Assembly: GCF_009914755.1 (NCBI RefSeq)
Contig: NC_060937.1
Length of the DNA: 64,000 nt
DNA from: the human T2T-CHM13v2.0 reference genome, Homo sapiens
Strand: one strand, 5' to 3'
Position numbers and translations under genes: made by a program. Positions 43,621-61,169 of the stretch are shown in pieces. Under the pieces are notes generated by a model. It did no database searches. It was not told the origin of the DNA and was given only the letters and a program-made list of their open reading frames with translations. The stretch's first letter is position 1; every line of letters starts with the position of its first letter.

Positions 43621-43969
43621 AGTGAAATCAAAAGGGATAACCAGAAAGAGAACCTGCTTCACACATCAGTTATCCACCTTTCTCAGAGAATGCAGCCAAC
43701 AACTCACTGTCACTGGGTCAGATGACTGTCAATGAATGCATAAAGGATAGAAAAATGGACAAATTCTGGGTGTACTTCATGCACATGCACTAGAGCTGCC
43801 CATGGGTGGATTCAGGCAAGTAAGACCTCATTCTTGCTTAGATATATGCATCTTTTCTATCCTACTACTTCTACTCCTTGTGTCCAGACAGCACTTAAAA
43901 AATATCTTGCACAAGGATACTCATTTCTGGCCATGGTTCTAAAAATCCAAACTAAAACATAAGAAAAAA

Positions 43970-45143
43970 CTCTGGCCCATTCTTAAAAGCAGAAGTTAAT
44001 GAAGTTTAAAATTCAGAGCCCCTCACTTGTACATGTCCCTTCAGTCCTATGAGAGGGACACTAGTAATGTGTTAAAGTGATTGTATGGTTATATAAAAAT
44101 CTATAATAAAAGTACAATAATTATACAATATTGGGTAAAACTGCAGTGTCTTTTCACTCTAACTTCATTGACAGTATCCTCTCACCCCATAAGGGAACCT
44201 ACTGCATTTTTGAGAACCAAGGTATTACTACTATTACCACACATTGCACCAACTCACTTAGCATTGCATTGTGTAACTAAGGGGTATAGGTTGGAGGGTG
44301 ACATAAATGGGTTCTTTTGCACTGGGGTTGCAAGTGGAAATATGTCAGTATAAAAGGAAAACAGTGTTTAAAATGTATAAAACCAGCATTAACATGTGGA
44401 GAATTCTTCTAACTATAAAACTGCAAGAATTTGGAACTTTGTCAAAGGCTAGTGATTTAAAAAAGCTCCATTCTCAGCCTAGATAATATAGCAAGACTCC
44501 ATCTCTACATTTTTTTAATTACTCAGGCATGGTGGCATGAGCCACCAGCTGGGCATGTAGTCCCAGCTACTCAGGAGGCTGAGGCAGGAAGATTGAGCCC
44601 AGGAGGTTGAGGCTGCAGTAAGACAACCTGCCACTACTGCACCCCAGCCTGAGCAACACAACAAAGCCTAGTCTCTAAAAACAAAAAACCCCTCTATTCT
44701 GTCGGGTCAATGTTCAATAATAATGGTGCATTATTATATAATGCCATTATAACACCATATATGCGTGTGTGTGTGTGTATGTGTGTGTGTATACATATTT
44801 ACTTTCTTTTTTTTTGATGGAATCTCATTACAATGATTAGAATTTTGTATACATGCAGTGCAAACCTGCTCCATTCCTAAAAACTGGAAGGACGTCAGTA
44901 AGTCACACACTTCGCCTATCCCAACTATTTAGAATAAAAACAAATTTCAATCAACCGTGCTAAAGGAAATACTAAGTTACTTTTCTTCTACAGATCATAA
45001 TATTAAAAATAAACGAACTGAAAATGAGATTGAAGAGTATTCAGGAATACAACATTAGAAAAAGAGTACTGTAGAATCATGTTAGGCATATTATTTAAAG
45101 CTTATTTTCCTAGATTTTGTGATTTTGTAGCACTAGTGGAATT
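43970..45143. mobile_element. Old hAT-Tip100 DNA transposon fragment (Zaphod-like), tentative
   Basis: 'ttcagagcccctcacttgtacatgtccctt...ctagtaatgtgtt' resembles remembered Zaphod terminus. Confidence 0.4.
44475..44688 (+). mobile_element. 5'-truncated AluJ
   Basis: Partial left arm and right arm 'gagcccaggaggttgaggctgcagt'. Confidence 0.8.
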
Positions 45144-45862
45144 AAAAATTTATAATGGGCTGAGGAGTGCTTTACTTCCAACTATGTGGTCAATTTTGGA
45201 ATAAGTGCGATGTGGTGCTGAGAAGAACACTCCTCAGCAAATGTAAAAGAACATAAATTGTAACAAACTGTCTCTCAGACCACAGGGCAATCAAACTAGA
45301 ACTCCGGATTAAGTAACTCACTCGAAACCACTCAACTACATGGAAACTGCACAATCTGCTCCTGAATGAATTACTGGGTACATAACGAAATGAAGGCAGA
45401 AATAAAGATGTTCTTTGAAACCCATAAGAACAAAGACACAACATACCAGAATCTCTGGGACACATTCAAAGCAGTGTATAGAGGGAAAATTATAACACTA
45501 AATGCCAACAAGAGAAAGCAGGACAGATCTAAAATTGACACCCTAACATCACAATTAAAAGAACTAGAGAAGCAAGAGCAAACACATTCAAAAGCTAGCA
45601 GAAAGCAAGAAATAACTAAGATCAGAGCAGAACTGAAGGAGATAGAGACACAAAAAGCCATTCAAAAAAATCAATGAATCTGGGAGCTGGTTTTTTGAAA
45701 AGATCAACAAAATTGATAGACTAGCAAAACTAATAAAGAAGAAAAGAGAGAAGAATCAAATAGACGCAATAAAAAATGATAAAGGGGATATCACCACCGA
45801 TCCCACAGAAATACAAACTACCATCGGAGAATACTATAAACACCTCTAGGCAAATAAACTAG

Positions 45863-46141
<279 letters not shown>

Positions 46142-46155
46142 TAGATGCAGAATAG

Positions 46156-46557
<402 letters not shown>

Positions 46558-46583
46558 TGACAAGCAGTCTTATACATCAATAA

Positions 46584-46757
<174 letters not shown>

Positions 46758-46760
46758 TAG

Positions 46761-47381
<621 letters not shown>

Positions 47382-48025
47382 TAATTAAACTAAAGAGCTT
47401 CTGCACAGCAAAAGAAACTACCATTAGAGTGAACAGGCAACCTATAGAATGGGAGAAATTTTTGCAATCTGCTAATCTGACAAAGGGCTAATATCCAGAA
47501 TCTACAAAGAACTCAAACAAATTTACAAGAAAAAAACAAACAACCCCATCAAAAAGTGGGCAAAGAATATGAACAGACACTTCTCAAAAGAAGACATTGA
47601 TGCTGCCAACAGACACATGAAAACATGCTCATCATCACTGGCCATCAGAGAAATGCAAATCAAAACCACAGTGAGATACCATCTCACACCAGTTAGAATG
47701 GTGGTCATTAAAAAGTCAGGAAACAACAAGTGCTGGAGAGGATGTGGAGAAATAGGAACGCTTTTACATTGTTGGTGGGACTGTAAACTAGTTCAACCAT
47801 TGTGGAGGACAGTGTGGCGATTCCTCAAGGATCTAGAACTAGAAATACCATTTGACCCAGCCATCCCATTACTGGGTATATATCCAAAGGATTATAAATC
47901 ATGCTGCTATAAAGACACATGCAAATGTATGTTTACTGTGGCACTATTCACAATAGCAAAGACTTGGAACCAACCCAAATGTCCATCAATGATAGACTGG
48001 ATTAAGAAAATGTGGATTTTGGTCA

Positions 48026-48919
48026 CAAGATGGCCGAATAGGAACAGCTCCGGTCTACAGCTCCCAGCGTGAGCTACGCAGAAGACGGGTGATTTCTGCA
48101 TTTCCATCTGAGGTACCGGGTTCATCTCACTAGGGAGTGCCAGACAGTGGGCGCAGGCCAGTGGGTGCACGCACCGTGCGCGAGCCGAAGCAGGGCGAGG
48201 CATTGCCTCACCTGGGAAGCGCAAGGGGTCAGGGAGTTCCCTTTCTGAGTCAAAGAAAGGGGTGAGGGACACACCTGGAAAATCGGGTCACTCCCACCCG
48301 AATATTGCGTTTTTCAAACGGGCTTAAAAACGGCGCACCACGAGACTATATCCCACACCTGGCTCGGAGGGTCCTACGCCCATGGAATCTCGCTGATTGC
48401 TAGCACAGCAGTCTGAGATCAAACTGCAAGGCGGCAGCTAGGCTGGGGGAGGGGCGCCCGCCATTGCCCAGGCTTGCTTAGGTAAACAAAGCAGCAGGGA
48501 AGCTCGATCTGGGTGGAGCCCACCACAGTTCAAGGAGGCCTGCCTGACACTGTAGGCTCCATCTCTGGGGGCAGGGCACAGACAAACAAAAAGACAGCAG
48601 TAACCTCTGCAGACTTAAATGTCCCTGTCTGACAGCTTTGAAGAGAGCAGTGGTTCTCCCAGCGCGCAGCTGGAGATCTGAGAACCGGCAGACTGCCTCC
48701 TCAAGTGAGTCCCTGACTCCTGACCCCCGAGCAGCCTAACTGGGAGGCACCCCGCAGCAGGGGCACACTGACACCTCACAAGGCAGGGTATTCCAACAGA
48801 CCTGCAGCTGAGGGTCCTGTCTGTTAGAAGGAAAACTAACAAACAGAAAGGACATCCACACCGAAAACCCATCTGTACATCACCATCATCAAAGACCAAA
48901 AGTAGATAAAACCACAAAG
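48026..48919 (+). promoter_or_regulatory. L1 5' UTR internal promoter (CpG-rich, YY1 motif caagatggcc; antisense promoter region)
   Basis: Longest CpG-dense stretch in the window; length matches the short form lacking the 129-bp ZNF93-bound segment. Confidence 0.85.
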
Positions 48920-49936
48920 ATGGGGAAAAAACAGAACAGAAAAACTGGAAACTCTAAAACGCAGAGTGCCTCTCCTCCTCCAAAGGAACGCAGTTCCTCA
49001 CCAGCAACGGAACAAAGCTGGACAGAGAACGACTTTGACGAGCTGAGAGAAGAAGGCTTCAGATGATCAAATTACTCTGAGCTACGAGAGGACATTCAAA
49101 CCAAAGGCAAAGAAGTTGAAAACTTTGAAAAAAATTTAGAAGAATGTATAACTAGAATAACCAATACACAGAAGTGCTTAAAGGAGCTGATGGAGCTGAA
49201 AACCAAGGCTCGAGAACTACGTGAAGAATGCAGAAGCCTCAGGAGCCGATGCGATCAACTGGAAGAAAGGGTATCAGCAATGGAAGATGAAATGAATGAA
49301 ATGAAGCGAGAAGGGAAGTTTAGAGAAAAAAGAATAAAAAGAAATGAGCAAAGCCTCCAAGAAATATGGGACTATGTGAAAAGACCAAATCTACGTCTGA
49401 TTGGTGTACCTGAAAGTGATGGGGAGAATGGAACCAAGTTGGAAAACACTCTGCAGGATATTATCCAGGAGAACTTCCCCAATCTAGCAAGGCAGGCCAA
49501 CGTTCAGATTCAGGAAATACAGAGAACGCCACAAAGATACTCCTCAAGAAGAGCAACTCCAAGACACATAATTGTCAGATTCACCAAAGTTGAAATGAAG
49601 GAAAAAATGTTAAGGGCAGCCAGAGAGAAAGGTCGGGTTACCCTCAAAGGGAAGCCCATCAGACTAACAGCGGATCTCTCAGCAGAAACCCTACAAGCCA
49701 GAAGAGAGTGGGGGCCAATATTCAACATTCTTAAAGAAAAGAATTTTCAACCCAGAATTTCATATCCAGCCAAACTAAGCTTCATAAGTGAAGGAGAAAT
49801 AAAATACTTTACAGACAAGCAAATGCTGACCGATTTTGTCACCACCAGGCCTGCCCTAAAAGAGCTCCTGAAGGAAGCGCTAAACATGGAAAGGAACAAC
49901 CGGTACCAGCTGCTGCAAAATCATGCCAAAATGTAA
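48920..49936 (+). pseudogene. L1 ORF1p, inactivated by R49* (CGA>TGA at 49064-49066)
   Basis: ATG 48920 (MGKKQ), TAA 49934-49936, 1017 nt with one in-frame stop; 248-aa downstream ORF in track. Confidence 0.93.
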
Positions 49937-49999
49937 AGACCATCGAGACTAGGAAGAAACTGCGTCAACTAACGAGCAAAATCACCAGCTAACATCATA

Positions 50000-53824
<3,825 letters not shown>

Positions 53825-54072
53825 ACAATGAGATCACATGGACACAGGAAGGGGAATATCACACTCTGGGGACTGTTGTGGGGTGGGGGGAGGGGGGAGG
53901 GATAGCATTGGGAGATATACCTAATGCTAGATGACGAGTTAGTGGGTGCAGCGCACCAGCACGGCACATGTATACATATGTAACTAACCTGCACAATGTG
54001 CACATGTACCCTAAAACTTAAAGTATAATAAAAAAAAAAAAAAGAAAAGCAAAAGTTAAAAAAAAAAAAAAA

Positions 54073-54466
54073 GAAAAAGTATACATTTTGAAGAACTGAA
54101 AAACCATTGTAACCACACTGTGATGGTAAAGTCCTGTAAAATCGGAATTATTTATACTACAGACTATGCTGCCTATTGTATTGACAGCTGTGCATTATCC
54201 TAGAGTCTCTTTGTGTGAATATGGTTAACTTTACACATCTAAAAGATAATATATTTTTTAAAGAATATATAAAAAAAAGAGAAAAGTGTCATTGCCAACC
54301 TTCAATAATTATTGTAACTATATATTCCTACTAAGAAATTTTTCACTAAAACTTGAATTGTTTCATATTTATGAGCTTATTGATCCAGCCACCTGGAGTT
54401 CTATTACTACTTATAATAATGATTTATTATATTTTTAAGAAAAATAAATAGAGCCACTAAGACCGC
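54073..54466 (+). other. L1 3'-transduced unique sequence
   Basis: Non-L1 DNA between L1 poly(A) and a second poly(A) (from 54467), AATAAA at 54443-54448, inside the TSDs. Confidence 0.92.
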
Positions 54467-54872
54467 AAAAAAAAAAAAAAAAAGAAAATGTGGCACATAT
54501 ACACCATGGAATACTATGCAGCCATAAAAAATGAGTTCATGTCCTTTGTAGTGACATGGATGAAGCTGGAAACCATCATTCTCAGCAAACTATTGCAAGG
54601 ACAAAAAACAAAACACCGCATGTTCTCACTCATAGGTGGGAATTGAACAATGAGAACACTTGGACACAGGAAGGGGAACGTAACACACTGGGGCCTGTCG
54701 TGGGTTGGGGGGAGGGGAGAGGGATAGCATTAGGAGATATACCTAATGTAAATGATGAGTTAATGGGTGCAGCACACCAGCATGGCACATGTGTACATAT
54801 GTAACAAACCTGCATGTTGTGCACATGTACCCTAGAACTTAAAGTATAATAATAATAAAAAATTTATAATGG

Positions 54873-55177
<305 letters not shown>

Positions 55178-55294
55178 TTAAAAATTTAAAATAGAAAATT
55201 TAACAAAGAACAGTAGAGGTAAATAGAAAACAAATAGTGAAATGGTAGATGAAAATGAAAACATATTCATAATTGCATAAAACTTCAAAGGCCT

Positions 55295-55495
55295 CCTGTT
55301 TTGTCCAACATGGTAGCCATTAGCCTTATGTCGCTATTTCAATTTAAAATAATTGAAATTTTAAAATCATTAAAAATTCAAGTCTTCATCAATATTAGCG
55401 ACATTTGAAGTTTTCAATAGTGACCTGTGGCCAGTGGCTATCATGTAGTAACAGTGCAGAATAGAACATTTCCATCAACCCAGAAAGTACTGTTA
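55295..55495. mobile_element. MER3-type hAT MITE inside an old L1M fragment (~55200-55620)
   Basis: 'tgtccaacatggtagccattagcc...tgtggccagtggctatcatgt...agaacatttccatca'. Confidence 0.65.
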
Positions 55496-55639
55496 AACCA
55501 TATTTTCTAAATACCCCAATTAAAAGGCAGAGATTATCAGATTGGGTAAGAGAGCAGTATTAAACTATATGTAAGAAGCCCTCTTTAAATATAAAGGCAC
55601 AAACAAGTTAAAATTAAAATATAGACACAAACATCCACA

Positions 55640-55970
55640 GACTTAATCCCTTGCCCCTTCAATCAAATTCCATCTCATTGAGGTCTATCTTAACAAATAC
55701 ATATAAAATTGCATTCTTTCACTCCCATAGTCTGATCTGTACCAATGCCTGTATCCTTTTATCTTTCATCTTGTTGATTTTATTTCTATAGTACTTTCAA
55801 CAGCACTTCAAAATTACATGTATATAAAATTTTCTGTCTCTCCTCTCTAACAGGTAAATTCTATTAGAGTAGGTATCTTTACCCTTTTGTTTCAATCGCA
55901 TATACTAAGGGGCCAGAACAGAGGCTAGAGAATAGTAGACACTCAATAAATATCTGTTACATCAACTAAT
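55640..55970 (+). mobile_element. L2 3' region
   Basis: 'agaacagaggctagagaatagtagacactcaataaatatctgtt'. Confidence 0.55.
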
Positions 55971-57420
55971 TAATTTTCACACCTGAAGTTCAGCATATCA
56001 TGTTGTTGGAGAAAAATATAGCTGTAATTCGAAGTATACATGAAGAATGCAATGAGAAATATGGCTGAATTAAGGCCTAATATGTCATGCAAATATATAT
56101 TTTCTCTGTAGTAAAAATTTCATTTTCCTAGAAAGTTATACATTAAATATATTTATTAGAAAAAATACTTACCTGAATTTTTGTAAAGATGCATTAAAAA
56201 AACAAGATATAAGTAAAGGTTTAGTAGATTTTCAATGGGAATTTAGGGACCCAGGGGTAAAAAGAAGAGTGGAAATAGCAGTGAGGCATGAGTGTATGAC
56301 CATCTGCTTGCCTTTAGAATTCTTGAGACTCCTTAGAGATGGAGCTATTGGCAAGGGCTGAAAATAAAAATATATTGTATTTTTCTAAATAAATTATCAA
56401 ATCAGAATTGGAGATCCTCAGTACAAATAACATAAACGGGTGGTAACCTGGAGGGAATACCTCAAATCCTATTTTGAATCCACTGGAAGTCATCCAGTAA
56501 GCCATTGAGTCAGGGAGGATTGTGGGTACTGCTTGCTGTCTCAAGTGTCAGCGTCTATTCACGGTGAGAAGGCAGTTTAAGGGCTTAATTATGATGGAAA
56601 GTTTACCTGACAGAGATATATTTTCTTTCTTTTTGCCCATCAACAAATAAAAATAGAGGGGGAGATTAGAAGATCTATGAGTTTGTGGCTTTTTTTGCCT
56701 TTTTCATCTGATGAAATTTGTTTCTTTCCTATTGAACAAATAAACTGTCCCTGAAAAACCATTTGTCATCCATGAAAAAGAATAATGATAATGTCTTTGA
56801 AAAATTCTAATGAAATGATTAGCAAATACAACAGGAGAATTAACAGAGACGGCAGCATCAGAAATGTGGAGGAGGAACTGTAAAAAAGCTCAAGCACTCT
56901 TCACTATTGCTCCTCTACCAGTGGGGATGATGACGACTGTTACTTGCCCAGAAAGTTATTTGCCTCAGTGCACAGGCCCTCTCTTGACCCTGTGGTGGTA
57001 GGAGGCTTAAGGTTCGATTTGCTTTATACTCAGAGCAATACTCAGACTCATTTATTTTTACTCATTGGCAGACAAGTGTCTTTAGCCTGAGTGTGTGTGC
57101 TTTATCTTGACCACTGTTTATGGGCTGAAAGAATTCTGTAGAAGCAGCCTTCTATACCAAGAGAAAGTACTGCACCTTCACTTGTTTACTTCTTCTTTTT
57201 ATGGGTGGAATGAAAAGTGTCAGCACCTCTGAATTATTAAGCTATTAATAAAGCATCATAGTGTTCAGAATATTTTGTTATATGCCATGATGTTTGGAGA
57301 TAGATGGAATGCTTTAATTTAGATTATAATCTTGATACCCACGCTTGATCAAGATATTTGCCTCAATTATAGAGCTTTATTGGTCCATTCTCACACTTCT
57401 ATAAAGACGTACTTGAGACT

Positions 57421-58391
57421 TGAAGGGTCCAGCCCTATGGGGCTTAGCAGGTGTTCTCCCCATGTGCGGAGACGAGAGATGGTAAGAAATAAAGACACAA
57501 GACAAAGAGATAAAGAGAAAACAGCTGGGCCCGGGGGACCACTACCACCAAGATGCGGAGACTGGTAGTGGCCCCGAATGGCTGGGTGCGCTGATATTTA
57601 TTACATACAAGACAAGGGGGCAGGGTAAGGAGGCTGAGTCATCTAAGTGATTGATAAGGTCAAGAAAGTCATGTGATCATGGGACAAGGGACCCTTCCCT
57701 TTTAGGTAGCTGAAGCAGAGAGGGAAGGCAACATATGTGAGCATTTTCTTCTATGCACTTATCGGAAAGATCAAAGACTTTAAGACTTTTACTATTTATT
57801 CTACCCCTATCTTCTAAGAACTTTCAAGAGGAACCAGGAGTATGGGAGGAACATGAAAGTGGACAAGGAGCATGACCATTGAAGCACTGCACCACAGAGA
57901 GGGGTTTAGGCCTCTGGATGACTGCGGGCAGGCCTGGATAATATCCAGCCTCCCACAAGAAGCTGCTGGAGCAAAGTGTTCTCTGACTCCAAGGGAGACT
58001 CCCTTTTGCTCCCTTTTAACCTGTCTGTTAAGTAACAGGTGCCTTCCCAGGCACTGGCGTTACCGCTTGACCAAGGAGCCCTCAAGTGGCCCTTATGCGG
58101 GCATGACAGAGGGCCCACCTCTTGCCTTTTTGGTCACTCTTCACAATGTCCCTTTAGCTCCTCACCCTATACTCGCCGGTTATTCCTTGGTAATATGAGT
58201 AATACAACAAAGAGTAATATTAAAGGCTAATGATTAATAATGTTTATACTAATGATTGATAATGTCCATGATCATCTCTATATCTAATTTGTATTATAAC
58301 TATTCTTCATTCTAACTATTTTCTTTGTTATACTGAAATAGTTTATGCCTTCAGTCTCTTGCCTCGGCACCTGGGTAATCCTTTGCCCACA
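57421..58391 (-). mobile_element. LTR13A-like solo LTR (HERV-K HML-4 group)
   Basis: Reverse start 'tgtgggcaaaggattacccaggtgccgaggcaagagactgaaggc'; 971 bp; 6-bp TSD gagact/gacact. Confidence 0.8.
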
Positions 58392-58575
58392 GACACTGGG
58401 TAATTTATAAAGAAAAGAGGTTTAATTGGTTCCTGGTTCTGCAGGTGATATGGGCTTCTGCTTCTGGGAAGGCCTCAGGAAACTGACAATCATAGTGGCA
58501 GGTGAGTAGGAAATGGACACGTCTTCACATGGCCAGCAGGAGACAAAGAGGGCGAGGAGGGAGGTGCTACGCACT

Positions 58576-58889
58576 TGTTTTTATTTATTTATTTATTTGT
58601 TTATTGAGACAGGGTCTCGCTCTGTCACCAAGGCTGGAGTGCAGTGGTGCGAACACAGCCTATTGAAGCCTCAAACTTTTGTGCTCAAGTGATCAATCCT
58701 CCCACTTCAGCTTCCTGACTAGCTGGGACCACAGGTGCATGCCACTGTACCTGGCTAATTTTTTGTATTGGTAGAGAAGAGGTTTTGCCATGTTGCCCAG
58801 GCTGGTCTTGAACTCCTGGGCTCAAGCAATTCACCCAATTCAGCCTCCCAAAATGCTGGGATTACACACATGCACCACTGCACCCAGCC
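58576..58889 (-). mobile_element. AluJ
   Basis: J diagnostics 'aactcctgggctcaagcaat'. Confidence 0.88.
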
Positions 58890-59127
58890 ACTGCACACTT
58901 TCAAACAACCATATCTTGTCAGAACTCACTCACAAAAGAGCAGCAAGAGGGAAGTCGGCCCCCATGGTCCAATCACCTCCCACCAGGCCCTTTCTCCAAC
59001 ACTGGCGATTACAATTTGACATAAGATTTGGGTGGGGGTACAGAGCCAAACCATATCAAGAGCCTAGCAGAATGGAGATCCTTTTCTTTCTTGTTAAACA
59101 TTCTTAACTTCTAAAGTCATAAGGTAT

Positions 59128-59900
59128 TGTATTAGTTTCCTAAGTGTGCTCTAACAAATTACCACAAATTTGGTCATTAAAACAACAGAAATGTATTGTC
59201 TTACAGTTCTGGAGGCCATGAAATCCAGCATGCCCAGGTCCTCTCTAGCGGATCCAGGGAAGAATCTGATTTTTTGTTTGTTTGTTTTTTATTTATTTTT
59301 TGCTCCTTTTAGATTCTAGTGGTTGCCCTGGCATTCTTGGGCTTGTAGCCTCATCGCTCCAATCTCTGACACCATCTTCACATTGCCTTCTCTGTGTGTG
59401 TCTGCATGAAATCACCCTTCACCTTATAAACACACTTGTGATGCCATTTAGGATCTACCTCGATAATCCAGGATACTCCAGGATCTAGCTCTTTCTGTTT
59501 AGTTTATTTATTTTTCATTTTTTTTAATTTCTTTTATGAGATGGAATCTTGCTCTGTCACCCAGCCGGAAGTGCAATGGCACAATCTTGGCTCATTGCAA
59601 CCTCCACCTCCCAGGGTGAAGTGATCCTCCCACCTCAGCCTCCTGAGTAGTTGGGTCTACAGGTGCCAGCTGTCATGTCCAGCTAACTTCTGTAATTTTT
59701 GTAGAGATGGGGTTTCACCATATTTCTCAGGCTGATCTCACATCCCTGGACTGAAGTGATCTGCCCACTTCGGCCTCCCAAAATAGCTCTCTCCTCAGAC
59801 TTTTAACCTAATCACACCTTTCATCTTACAAGACACATTCACAGGTTTTATGAATTTGATGTGGATATCTGGGGTAGGGGCCATTTTTCTTTCTGACACA
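59128..59900 (-). mobile_element. MLT1 LTR interrupted by Alu
   Basis: 'tgtattagtttcct...taacaaattaccacaaattt...aaaacaacagaaatgtatt'; 'cacattcacagg' near far end. Confidence 0.8.
59497..59783 (-). mobile_element. AluJ, missing ~35 nt at 5' end
   Basis: Alu body; TSD-like tagctct on both sides. Confidence 0.85.
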
Positions 59901-60414
59901 GGTAGGATAAAAACAAAATCCACTTACTGGAAGAAACTTAGATGTTACTATTTTGACAAGAGAAAAAGGAATTATCTTGATAATTTTAGTTGATCAAAAC
60001 TCACTACAGTTCAAAATTACTCCCTGTATCTTCCCTCATCCCAGTTTCCCTGTGGCATAGTGGTGAAGCAAAGGCTATAGAAGACATTGGGGAGTTTTTC
60101 AGCAGACAAACTACCAGTGTTCCCTTTGCCATTTGTAGTCAGACTTTCAGGATCTTATCTTTACTAGCTTTTGGAATTAAATATATTTACATCTTTCCAT
60201 AAACCATTAGGAATGCTGAAAATAACATATTCTTGACCTGTGATGTCAAATCATAAAACAGCTAGGTGTATACATGAGATAGGAAAAAAATTACATTGCT
60301 TTCTTCATTATGTCTTATTTAAATATTTATATTTGATAAAACTAAGCCCCATGTAATTATGTTCCATTATATCATTTTAGCAAAAATATGCTAATATATT
60401 TTGAAAGATATTAT

Positions 60415-60535
60415 GTGCAAGACGCTATTCTTAGAATCTTCCTGTATTAAGCCACGAAATACACTCAGCAACTCAATGAGGAAGGATGTTATTATCCTCA
60501 TTTTTCACATGAGGATCCTAACATGGAGAGATGCT
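60415..60535 (-). mobile_element. MIR fragment
   Basis: 'ttattatcctcatttttcacatgagga'. Confidence 0.55.
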
Positions 60536-61169
60536 GGGGGTGGGGAGTAATGGTACATTCAAGTCAATCTGCACAAAGTCCTACAAGATTTTCTAAAACT
60601 CAGGCTTCTGGGTCTGCCCTCTTGATTACTGCACTAGACTAAGGGTGAAGTTACTGAGACCAGTAAAATGAGACATATTTCTTTAATAGAAACATTTCAA
60701 CTTATTTATTTGGAAAGAAATGGATGTAGCAACAGCATTATGCTGATTTGTCAGTCAAAGACCCCTTGCCTCCCCAATCCTAAACAGTGAATAAGTCTAG
60801 TCATTCTGTTTTCTTCAATTTTACTGTTAACTCTATATAAAAATTAGATTGAAATGTTAATTGTCATAATTTTACACTTAGTATTTATTACATTTTTTAC
60901 TTAAGTAATTTGCAGGACCTATCAACATCATAAAAGAACTTTAAAATTTTAGAATGCAATGTATTCATTTTAAAAACTGATTTGTTTTAATATTACATAT
61001 TGCTTCTATCTTATAATGATGTAAAATGTATTCACATGCAAAACAGTGATTGTGAACAATATGATATATGAAATTAAATAAGGAAGAAAAGTAATTGTTA
61101 CTGGGTTCCTATTATATGTCAGGCACTTTTCACTGTAAGGTAGAGTGGATGAAGTAGTCATTTTATAAT

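Larger units (their letters stand above)
57376..59058 (-). mobile_element. MST MaLR solo LTR containing LTR13A and AluJ insertions
   Basis: Ends 'tttattggtcc...aaaccatatca'; perfect TSD agagc at 57371-57375 and 59059-59063. Confidence 0.88.

Noticed and set aside
48249-48464. L1 antisense ORF0
   Set aside because: ATG is present (48464-48462) but codon 9 is TAG (MAGAPPPA*), so it is not intact.
54255-54290. A-run inside the transduction as another poly(A) junction
   Set aside because: Only 8-9 A and no upstream AATAAA; more likely native donor sequence.
56922-56992. C/D box snoRNA candidate (ggg-ATGATGA ... TTGA-ccc)
   Set aside because: D box is not CTGA, the stem is minimal, and there is no recognisable guide or host intron.
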